A DNA stretch of 64,000 bases from an uncultured Fibrobacteraceae bacterium (GTDB lineage Bacteria; Krumholzibacteriota; Krumholzibacteriia; LZORAL124-64-63), in assembly GCA_964476155.1 (NCBI GenBank), contig CAYYYS010000009.1, positions 18,147 through 82,146 of the forward strand. Reading direction: 5' to 3'. Shown here piece after piece: positions 8,440-17,876 of this stretch. Every line of letters starts with the position of its first letter. The stretch's first letter is position 1. A program made the position numbers and the translations under genes. The notes beneath the pieces were generated by a model. It saw nothing but the letters and a program-made list of their open reading frames with translations. It did no database searches and was not told where the DNA came from.

Positions 8440-10206
8440 CTCATCGACAAGGCGGAGTCCTGCGAGCCCCAGCTCGTGCTGGTCTTCGACGACTGGGAGG
8501 CGCTCGCCGGCAAGAGCTTCGGCGCGGTCTCGGGGGAGATGGAACCCAACGACAACCCCAACCACTACCACAAGACCATCCGCTGGCTCGCCAACCACCC
8601 CTGGGTGGAGATCGTCACGCTCGCCGACATGACCACTCGCGCCCAGGCCGAGCCGGGGAACTGGGTCATTGATCAAGGCACGCGCACCGACCTGGACGTG
8701 ATGACCTACCACTGGCTCCAGCACGCCTGCGAGGACAGCTATCACAATTGGTACTACAACGGGTCGGGTTTTCCGGGCAACGAGCAGAGCTTCTACGATC
8801 TGGTGCCGGTGATCAGCGGCGAGCAGGGCGACTACCACGCGCGCGGCGTCACGCCCCTGGCCGACGGACCGCCCATCCCCAGCGGCCTGTCCTTTGGCGA
8901 CGTGAACTCGCCGGGCGGCCTCATCCACGAAACCTGGGACGCCATCGCCGCCATGACGCCGGGCCATCTGCGCACGATGGCCGAGGCCTCGTTCACTGCC
9001 ATGATCTACGAGACCGCCTGGCACGAGGAAGACAGTACCGACTACCAGGACAGCGATGGTTTCGGCAACTGGCTCTATCCCGACACGACCTGGGACGGGC
9101 TTAGCGGCTGGGCCCTGCGCCTGCACAATCACATTCGCGACGCGGGGGGGCTGGTCCTGGCGTCGGCCTGGGCCGATTCCGTTCGCGCCGGGCAACTGAC
9201 GACCTACGCGGCGCCCCGCGCCTTCTTCCTGGATGCCGATCTCGACGGTGTCGACGAACTCGTCTACCGCAACGGCAAGGTCTGGACTCTCTGGCAGACC
9301 GTCGGCGGTCGCTGCCTGCTGGCCGCGCGTTGGAACCCCGATCGTGACGACACCGTCCTGCTGCTGGGCAACCCGCTGGCCAATCCCAGCGCGCCGGGCG
9401 AGGAGGAGTACGCCGACGAGCGCGCCACCCGCTGCTCCGGCTTCAAGGTGATGAACAGCGGCTACGCGGACGACGATTTCCTGGTGATCCCGACCGGGAC
9501 CGCCATGCAGGCGGTTTCTAACGACGGACTGATTACCGAGACCCATACCCTGACCGCCGGATCGGACACGCTGACGACCGCGGTGTCCGAGACGGTCGGC
9601 GGCGACCTGTACCTGCGCTCAGGCCTCAACCCCAACCCCTGGTCGTTGCTGCTGTACGGCCCCGACCCGCTCGTGCGCGAGTACGACGGCGCCTCGCCCG
9701 AAAGCTCGACATGGTACCGTCTGAGTAATGGCGAGGCATCGATCACCGTGCTCTTCGATACCGCTACCTTCGTCCCCGCGCCCATGCACACCGGCTGGGA
9801 CCGTCGCGATCTGGCACTGACCGAAGAGATCGAGCTGTACGGTGACGGCACCTTCACCTTCCGAACCGTCTTCGGCGCCGGCGATGATGATACCGCCGCG
9901 CCCGATGGGCCGCCTTCATCCGATCGCGTCGCCGCGCGTATGCTGCCGCCGGCGCCGAACCCCTTCAACCCGGCCACGGAGATCCGCTTCGTGCTGGATC
10001 GCTCGGCTGACGTGGCGCTCGATATCTACGCGGCTGATGGGCGGCATGTCCGCACGCTCCAACGCGGTGTATTGCCGGCGGGGGAGTCGGCGTTTGTCTG
10101 GCATGGTCGCGACGATGTCGGGCGTGCGGTTTCGGCGGGTCTGTATCTGGTGAAGTTGAGAGCCGGGGGGACGGTGAGTTCGGCGAAGCTGATCCTTGTG
10201 AAGTAA
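8440..10206 (+). CDS. T9SS C-terminal sorting-domain protein, apparently lacking its N-terminus and signal peptide. Likely a truncated carbohydrate-active cargo protein. The ORF track extends it to 8272 through Arg-rich antisense of the GH31 fragment.
   Basis: Coherent protein from LIDKAESCEPQLVLVFDDWEAL onward. C-terminal NPFNPATEIRFVLDRSADVALDIYAADGRHVRTL...GLYLVKL sorting domain. There is no Met or signal peptide where the protein starts making sense. Confidence 0.5.
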   Translation, partial: LIDKAESCEPQLVLVFDDWEALAGKSFGAVSGEMEPNDNPNHYHKTIRWLANHPWVEIVTLADMTTRAQAEPGNWVIDQGTRTDLDVMTYHWLQHACEDSYHNWYYNGSGFPGNEQSFYDLVPVISGEQGDYHARGVTPLADGPPIPSGLSFGDVNSPGGLIHETWDAIAAMTPGHLRTMAEASFTAMIYETAWHEEDSTDYQDSDGFGNWLYPDTTWDGLSGWALRLHNHIRDAGGLVLASAWADSVRAGQLTTYAAPRAFFLDADLDGVDELVYRNGKVWTLWQTVGGRCLLAARWNPDRDDTVLLLGNPLANPSAPGEEEYADERATRCSGFKVMNSGYADDDFLVIPTGTAMQAVSNDGLITETHTLTAGSDTLTTAVSETVGGDLYLRSGLNPNPWSLLLYGPDPLVREYDGASPESSTWYRLSNGEASITVLFDTATFVPAPMHTGWDRRDLALTEEIELYGDGTFTFRTVFGAGDDDTAAPDGPPSSDRVAARMLPPAPNPFNPATEIRFVLDRSADVALDIYAADGRHVRTLQRGVLPAGESAFVWHGRDDVGRAVSAGLYLVKLRAGGTVSSAKLILVK

Positions 10207-10280
10207 GGCAAGCCGCGCCACGCAGTTACCCGTGTAAATAACGACCCGGCGGGGGGCGCTGCGGCCCCCACCTTTTTTCG

Positions 10281-11027
10281 TCACACCTCCCCAAGCCCCA
10301 TCGCCACCCCCAACCGCCCCATCATCTCCGTCGCCGCCCCCTGCAGAAAAATATCCGTCGTCCCCGCGGTAAACAGCGAAGGCTCCGGATTCACCTCGAT
10401 AATCGTCGCCCCTCCGTTGCGCGCCACACCCGGCAGCATCGAAGCCGGCGCCACCTCGCCCGTCGATCCGATCACCAGCATGACGTCACACGCACTCGCG
10501 GCCGCGAACGACTTGCTCCGCGCCGGCTCCGGAATCCCCTCGCCGAAGAAGATGAAGTTGGGTTTGAGCAACCCGCTGCATTCGCACAGGGGAGGCAGCG
10601 TGTCGAGCGACACTTCGCCCACCGGGTATGTGGCCCGGCAAGCCAGACACACCAAGGTGCGAGAGTTGCCGTGAAACTCCCACACCGTCCGGCTGCCGGC
10701 GTCGCGGTGCAGGTTGTCGATGTTCTGGGTGATGACCTCGCGCAGTATGCCCGACGCTTCCATCTCCGCCAGTATGCGGTGCGCCGCATTGGGCGCCGCC
10801 TGACCGAAGAAGTCGTAGAAGATCTCCTTGATCACCGTCCATGAATCGCCCGGGTGTCGGAGAAAAAAGCCCAGCTCTATCGATTCGGGATCGTAGCGGC
10901 TCCAGATCCCGTCGGGGCCGCGGAACGTGGGGATGCCGCTTTCGACCGATACGCCCGCACCCGTAAAGGCCACCGCGTGATGCGCGTTCAGAAGCGTTTG
11001 TGCGGCCTGTTCAATTCGATCCTGCAT
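10281..11027 (-). CDS. cobB: NAD-dependent protein deacylase, Sir2 family (CobB-type sirtuin).
   Basis: GAGVSVESGIPTFRG, QNIDNLH, zinc-ribbon cysteines CLAC...CECS, GSTGEV. GAGGGGA RBS before ATG at 11027. Confidence 0.85.
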   Translation of the reverse strand: MQDRIEQAAQTLLNAHHAVAFTGAGVSVESGIPTFRGPDGIWSRYDPESIELGFFLRHPGDSWTVIKEIFYDFFGQAAPNAAHRILAEMEASGILREVITQNIDNLHRDAGSRTVWEFHGNSRTLVCLACRATYPVGEVSLDTLPPLCECSGLLKPNFIFFGEGIPEPARSKSFAAASACDVMLVIGSTGEVAPASMLPGVARNGGATIIEVNPEPSLFTAGTTDIFLQGAATEMMGRLGVAMGLGEV

Positions 11028-11185
11028 GATCGTCCCCTCGGCTCCTGCGCCGGCCATTCCGGCGCTGCGCCCAGACTAACATGCGGACGATCACGTCACC
11101 ACGAATGGCGGATCAAGAACCATGGCCTGCAGCCGATCATATCGAGAAAACTGGCCATGGTCCTGACCCGTCGCTAGTCCAGACT

Positions 11186-11296
11186 GCGGACGAGGACATT
11201 TTGCCGCGACCGCAGGGACGCAAAACGGCCGCCTCCAGGGCGGCCGCTTTGCTTGATCGCTACACCCTGCGGCCGCGGCAACATGCCCTCGTCCGC
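11186..11296 (+). repeat. Nested-hairpin repeat element, copy D (sense orientation). ~32-bp outer stem, ACGC, GC-rich inner hairpin (CGGCCGCC-TCCAG-GGCGGCCG), core GCTTGATCGCTACA, stem partner.
   Basis: Outer arms GCGGACGAGGACATTTTGCCGCGACCGCAGGG and CCCTGCGGCCGCGGCAACATGCCCTCGTCCGC are near-perfect reverse complements. Core matches copies A and B at 13/14 nt (a single T/C difference). Confidence 0.75.
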
Positions 11297-11309
11297 ATCC
11301 GGGTAGGTA

Positions 11310-13241
11310 TCACTTCACCATGACCATCTTATGGGTGGAACTCTCGTTCCCGGCCTCGACACGGTAGAAGTAAGTGCCGGACGACAACAGGCGCCCGTTC
11401 GCGTCACGGCCGTCCCAGACGGCGGTCTGTTGACCGGCGGTCTGCGTGCCATCGACCAGGACCCGCACCAGGCTGCCGTCCACATCGAAGATCGACAGGC
11501 GAACCTGCTCGTCGCGCGCCAGCTCATACCTGATGACGGTCTCGGGATTGAACGGGTTGGGGTGGTTGCCCCGCACCATCAGCAGTTCCGGCGCCGGGTG
11601 GTCGACCGAAATGGTCGTGCCGTCCAGGTCGGTCAGGAAGCCCGTGGCCGCGTTCTGCACCTTCCAGGTTTCGTCGTTCTGCACGTAGACCGTCGCGCGC
11701 AGCTTCGAGTAGACCCAGGATTCGGCGCTGACCGGACAGTGGGCGTTGAAGCGGTGGATGCCGGGTGTGTTGGGCACCAGGAAACCATCGGTGTCCGGAT
11801 ACATGTAGCGGAACGCCTGGTCATGATAGCGCTCGCCGTTGGTGCCCACTTCGTAGACATCGTCCTCGGTGATCGCCACACGCAGCTTGAGGATCCAGTC
11901 GGCGGGAATAGGCTCCACGATTTCCACTTCGGTGATCAGGGTCTCGGTGACCGGATCCCAGGAGTGCCAGATGTTCAATGGGCTGTGATGGGTCTTGCGC
12001 GTATTGAACAGCGACGCGTATCCGGCTCCGTTGGAACCGGCGTCCACGACCTGGTCGATACGTAGGTGGGGCGCATAGTCGGCGCCGCTACCGTTGGCCA
12101 GGAAATTGTTCTGCAGCGTGTTCGCATCGTAGATGCCGTCCGAGCCGGGCCACCAGACATGCACGCGCACCAGGGCCACTTCGTTGTTCTGGCCGGGGAA
12201 GTAGGCGTCCAGGGCCTGGTTGGCTTGCGGGCAGCCGGAGCAATCCGATTGGGTCAGCAGGATGCCCAGGGGCACGTGCGGTAGGGTATAGGAATCGTCG
12301 AAAGCCGTCGCCTCGTTGTTCGACGTATCCATGTCCGTACCCAGCAACGCCACCGCATGCAGATCGTAGTACTGACCCGCGTTCGTGGTCAGGTTCGGGA
12401 AGCCGACGACCGTTTGGGTCTCGGGAGCCAGGGCGGCCACATTGACTGTTTCGTTGTACACCTGCACGCCTGTTTCCCAGATCGTGACTTCCACATCGAA
12501 GTCTTCGATGCTGCGACCGATGTTCTTCACGGTGACCTGGGGCGCTATGACTTCGCCACTGGCGAACTGTTGCTGGTCTGGCGTTATGGAAAGCGCGCGG
12601 ACATCGTGGAGCCAGGGCTCGTAGACGCGTACGTCGTCCACCCACCAGTGGTCGGCGTAGGAGCCCGTGTAACGCAGGGCGACGTAGACCGTCGGCTCGC
12701 CCGCGTAGGCGGAGAGGTCGATGATCACCGGATCACCGTCGAAGCCGTTGACCGTGTGGGTTGCCGGCGTCATGTCCGAGACGATGGCGAACGTGCCCGT
12801 GTCGGTTTGGCTGGTGGTGCTGACCATCACGTAGTGATGACTGCCCCAGTCCGCCCAATACGACTCCGTCTCGAAGAACTCGAGCCGGATGTCGGTGAGG
12901 CCCGTGAAGTCCAGGGCCGGCATGACCAGCCACTCGTTCTGTGTCGTTCCCTGTGCACCGTATTGGACGAAGGCGCTGAAATTTCCGGTGCGCGCCTCGT
13001 AGTTGCTCTGGACCCACTGGTAGGTGTTGCCCAGGTGGATGCGGTGCCAGCCCGTGGGCGGGAAGGTGCCCTCGAAGCCCTCGGTCAGGAGGTCTATGCG
13101 ACTGGGAGAGAAGGCCGGTCCGTCGGCTCGTCGGTCGGGATTGTAGACCAGGTCGTCGTGAGCGATCGCCACGGTCGTACCCAGCAGCAGAACCGACGTC
13201 AGGATTAAAACCGTACGAACGAGGAGGCTATGGTTGGACAT
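11310..13241 (-). CDS. Secreted T9SS cargo protein: N-terminal choice-of-anchor/MAM-like domain, C-terminal T9SS sorting domain.
   Basis: Signal peptide MSNHSLLVRTVLILTSVLLLGTTVAIA after AAGGAG. GFEGTFPPTGWHR. C-terminal NPFNPETVIRYELARDEQVRLSIFDVDGSLVRVL..GTYFYRV. Confidence 0.75.
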   Translation of the reverse strand: MSNHSLLVRTVLILTSVLLLGTTVAIAHDDLVYNPDRRADGPAFSPSRIDLLTEGFEGTFPPTGWHRIHLGNTYQWVQSNYEARTGNFSAFVQYGAQGTTQNEWLVMPALDFTGLTDIRLEFFETESYWADWGSHHYVMVSTTSQTDTGTFAIVSDMTPATHTVNGFDGDPVIIDLSAYAGEPTVYVALRYTGSYADHWWVDDVRVYEPWLHDVRALSITPDQQQFASGEVIAPQVTVKNIGRSIEDFDVEVTIWETGVQVYNETVNVAALAPETQTVVGFPNLTTNAGQYYDLHAVALLGTDMDTSNNEATAFDDSYTLPHVPLGILLTQSDCSGCPQANQALDAYFPGQNNEVALVRVHVWWPGSDGIYDANTLQNNFLANGSGADYAPHLRIDQVVDAGSNGAGYASLFNTRKTHHSPLNIWHSWDPVTETLITEVEIVEPIPADWILKLRVAITEDDVYEVGTNGERYHDQAFRYMYPDTDGFLVPNTPGIHRFNAHCPVSAESWVYSKLRATVYVQNDETWKVQNAATGFLTDLDGTTISVDHPAPELLMVRGNHPNPFNPETVIRYELARDEQVRLSIFDVDGSLVRVLVDGTQTAGQQTAVWDGRDANGRLLSSGTYFYRVEAGNESSTHKMVMVK

Positions 13242-13481
13242 GGCCGAATCTCCTTGGCATGTGAACAAGTGTTGGAACTCGCGAGGGTAAGACACTGTGG
13301 CCTTGATCTCTAAAATCCCTACAGACGATAGGTATTTTACAGGATTCGCCTGATATTTACAAGCCCCCTTAGATATTTAAACACTTTTTTGTCGGCTAGC
13401 GAGGTCGATGGAGTGCATGAAATCCACAAAATCCACTAAGACCGCAAAAAGGGTGTCTAACAAATCTATTCGACTACCACT

Positions 13482-13591
13482 GAGGACATAGACAATTCGC
13501 CACGACCACGGGGTGTAGCAATCAAGCGAATCGGCCGCCCTAAAGCGGCCGATTCGCGTCCCCGTGGTCGTGGCGAATTGTCTATGTCCTC
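13482..13591 (-). repeat. Nested-hairpin repeat element, copy A, inverted relative to D. Its terminal arm overlaps the stop codon of the upstream minus-strand gene.
   Basis: Perfect 32-bp outer inverted repeat GAGGACATAGACAATTCGCCACGACCACGGGG / CCCCGTGGTCGTGGCGAATTGTCTATGTCCTC. Core GTGTAGCAATCAAGC. Inner hairpin GCGAATCGGCCGC-CCTAAA-GCGGCCGATTCGC. Confidence 0.8.
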
Positions 13592-14204
13592 AATGGTTGT
13601 CGAACCCCGCTTTGACCATGCCCCAACTCCATTGCTCCGCGGCGATAGGGTTGCAGGGCAGTGCCGGGAAGACACCATTCACGCGCCCGAAGGCCTGATC
13701 CTGACCGAATTTCTCGCTGAGCAGATCGTTGGGTTCGTCGATGGGCCAGGGTGCCAGGTCGGACCAGAACGTGAATACGGCCACACCGCTGCGGCCGGGC
13801 CTCACCTGGCTGTCGTCGGTGGGGACGTACTTGATGATCGGCACGTAGATCTGCAGGTCCGGGTCACCGCTCATGTTCAGTTCGGCGTCGAAGTAGATCA
13901 ATCCGTTCACGCCGAAACAGCGAGCCGTACCCGAGGGATTGTCCCAGCGCACGTACTCGAGGATATCGTCGCGCGAGCAGTTGCCCCCTTCGTCCAGCTT
14001 CAGGTTCAAATGGCTCAGCGAGAATTCGGAGTAGTTGTTCCAGGTTACGCGCATCTCGTAGCGCCAAATGCCGCGCGCGCCGGGTTCAGCCTCTGAAGCC
14101 ATGATCGTGCCGTAAAGCTGTGCGTTTTCGGCGACTGCGGCTGTAGTGATCAGCATGGCCGCGATGAGGGCGATCTTTCCGATGTGCCTTTTGCAAGCTA
14201 TCAT
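13590..14204 (-). CDS. Secreted hypothetical protein with signal peptide.
   Basis: N-terminal MIACKRHIGKIALIAAMLITTAAVA. No recognisable domain. 204-aa ORF with normal composition. Confidence 0.55.
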   Translation of the reverse strand: MIACKRHIGKIALIAAMLITTAAVAENAQLYGTIMASEAEPGARGIWRYEMRVTWNNYSEFSLSHLNLKLDEGGNCSRDDILEYVRWDNPSGTARCFGVNGLIYFDAELNMSGDPDLQIYVPIIKYVPTDDSQVRPGRSGVAVFTFWSDLAPWPIDEPNDLLSEKFGQDQAFGRVNGVFPALPCNPIAAEQWSWGMVKAGFDNH

Positions 14205-14358
14205 GTCAGCCTTCCCGTATTATGCGTGATCCGTATCGTTTCTCGTGCGAATCGTATGTGACTCTTCGTTTCTTCTGATTTATCGGGATGTCTCGTACGG
14301 CACCCTCTAAGTAGTCGGGTAGCAAGAAGCGAGCCTTAGCAAAGGATTTGAACGCGCT

Positions 14359-15111
14359 GTGCTTTTTTACTCATGGAACGTCAATGGAATCCGCGCGGCC
14401 CTGGGCAAGGGATTCAGGGGATTCTTCGATGCAGAATCACCGGATGTCATTTGTTTACAGGAAACTAGAGCGTTGCCTGAGCAGGTGGATTTTGCGCGCG
14501 AGGGATATCACGCCTTCTGGAATCCAGCCGAGAAAAAGGGCTATTCGGGGGTCGCCACATTCACGCGACACGAGCCGTTGCGCGTGCAAAATGGAATGGG
14601 TATCGAAGAGCACGATCACGAGGGTCGGGTGCTGACTCTGGAATTCGGGGACTTTTTCCTGGTCAACGTCTACACGCCCAATTCCCAGCGGGATCTGGCC
14701 CGTCTCGATTATCGCCGACGCTGGGATGCCGACTTCCTGGCCTTCCTCAAGGCTCTGAAAAAAGAGAAACCCGTGGTCTTTTGTGGCGATCTCAACGTCT
14801 CCCACAAACCCATCGACCTGACCAACCCCAAGCCCAACCAACGCAACGCCGGCTTCACGATCGAGGAACGCTCCGGTTTCGACAATCTGGTCGGCGCGGG
14901 TTTCATCGATACCTTCCGCGAATTCGAGAGCGGTGGCGGTCACTATAGCTGGTGGACCTACCGCAACGATGCCCGTCGACGGAATATCGGCTGGCGCCTG
15001 GACTATTTCCTGATCTCCTCCGCCTTGCGCCCGCGACTCGCACGCGCCTGGATCCTGGCCGAGGTCATGGGCTCGGACCACTGTCCGGTGGCCATCGATC
15101 TGTCCCTTTAG
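14359..15111 (+). CDS. xthA: Exodeoxyribonuclease III (Xth/APE1 family AP endonuclease).
   Basis: MLFYSWNVNGIRAA, CLQE, NVYTPN, GDLNVSH, WTYR, SDHCPV motifs. GTG start. Confidence 0.9.
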   Translation: MLFYSWNVNGIRAALGKGFRGFFDAESPDVICLQETRALPEQVDFAREGYHAFWNPAEKKGYSGVATFTRHEPLRVQNGMGIEEHDHEGRVLTLEFGDFFLVNVYTPNSQRDLARLDYRRRWDADFLAFLKALKKEKPVVFCGDLNVSHKPIDLTNPKPNQRNAGFTIEERSGFDNLVGAGFIDTFREFESGGGHYSWWTYRNDARRRNIGWRLDYFLISSALRPRLARAWILAEVMGSDHCPVAIDLSL

Positions 15112-15437
15112 CCCGGATTATTCATGAATGAGGTGGGCTGCGGATTCGTGGTTAAGTCTGTATGATTTCAACTGATTGAGAGCTCACGTACTTCGAAGGC
15201 TCCGTGAAACCGGAGCCGGCGGCTTGATATGCTGTTTGGTCGAAGGTGAGTCGATGGGCCTGAGCACAATGGTAGTGGGGAGAAATCAGTCGCTTAGTCG
15301 AGCGACCGTCCACGCCTGACCGCTGATGTCTTGCCATTTGTCTGTAACAAATATATACTGAATTACTCTGATATCTAGATAGTCGACGATACCGGTTTCC
15401 CGGTGTCGTTTTGAATCTCCCCGGAAGGAACAAGATC

Positions 15438-15950
15438 ATGAAGAAGCTGACCATCCTGGTGACGTTGGCTGCCGTCGTCGCCTTCGCCGCCGTCGCCGTC
15501 GCCGGCGGTCCCGGCTGTTCGGCCAAGTCCCTGAAGGGCGACACCGCCAAGTCCTGCGCCGCGTCGGCCGCCGCCGCCGGTATGGACAAGTGCTGTGTCG
15601 AGGCCGCCGCCGCCGGCAAGGGTTGCTGTGACCAGAGCGCCGAAGCCGTCAAGGCCGCCTACACCAACGTTTGCGCCACCGAGGTCGCCCTGGCCGACAT
15701 GCACAAGTGTTGTGCCGAGGCGGTCCAGGTCGGCAAGGGCTGTTGCGGCAACAGCGCCGATGAGACGAAGGCCGCCTTTGCCGCCAAGGTAGCCAAGGCC
15801 AAGGCCATGTTCGCGGCCAGGGGTGACATGCACAAGTGCTGCGCCGCGGCCGTCGACACGGGCAAGGGTTGCTGTAGTGGGACTGCAGAGGAATTGAAGG
15901 CCGCGTTGGACCAGAAAGCTGCCGCGGCTCTCGAGGCTGCCGGCTCCTGA
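15438..15950 (+). CDS. Secreted Ala/Lys-rich protein with 3-4 repeats of the vicinal-cysteine motif DMHKCC....GKGCC. Possible metal-binding protein.
   Basis: Signal peptide MKKLTILVTLAAVVAFAAVAVAG after AAGGAA. Repeats MDKCCVEAAAAGKGCC, MHKCCAEAVQVGKGCC, MHKCCAAAVDTGKGCC. Followed by a hairpin plus T-run terminator. Confidence 0.6.
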   Translation: MKKLTILVTLAAVVAFAAVAVAGGPGCSAKSLKGDTAKSCAASAAAAGMDKCCVEAAAAGKGCCDQSAEAVKAAYTNVCATEVALADMHKCCAEAVQVGKGCCGNSADETKAAFAAKVAKAKAMFAARGDMHKCCAAAVDTGKGCCSGTAEELKAALDQKAAAALEAAGS

Positions 15951-15970
15951 GTCGACCCACGATTGATCGT

Positions 15971-16012
15971 CTCGTCGCCCCGCCTGGCGCACATGCCGGG
16001 CGGAGCTTTTTC
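15971..16012 (+). terminator. Putative Rho-independent terminator after the Cys-repeat gene.
   Basis: CGCCCCGCCTGGCGCACATGCCGGGCGGAG forms a GC stem (CCGCCTGGC / GCCGGGCGG, one mismatch) followed by CTTTTTCG. Confidence 0.5.
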
Positions 16013-16181
16013 GTGGGTGTTGCGCTGCTGTTTTACACGGGATGGCAAATTGAAGTCCGTGGTCCCAAGGGAGCACGGGCGTCCGTCAAGGGCGCCGCTT
16101 CCGCTAAGCGCCTCCGCCTGTTATCCTGTACGTCGTAATGATGACGTCACGCCGATCCCATCCGAACCCGAACGAGGCACC

Positions 16182-17855
<1,674 letters not shown>

Positions 17856-17876
17856 ACCCACACTCCGGGAGAAACG

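Noticed and set aside
10281-11027. Sir2-family gene considered as a possible SIR2-type antiphage effector.
   Set aside because: It has the housekeeping sirtuin hallmarks (GAGVSVESGIPTFRG, zinc-ribbon Cys4, ~250 aa) and no partner gene (HerA, Argonaute, TIR). It is called a CobB-like deacylase.
13482-13591. Hairpin elements A/B/D considered as plain Rho-independent terminators or as integron attC sites.
   Set aside because: No U-tract follows the stems on either strand, and the copies occur in both orientations relative to upstream genes. attC sites conserve outer R boxes (GTTRRRY) and vary in the centre, which is the opposite of what is seen here.
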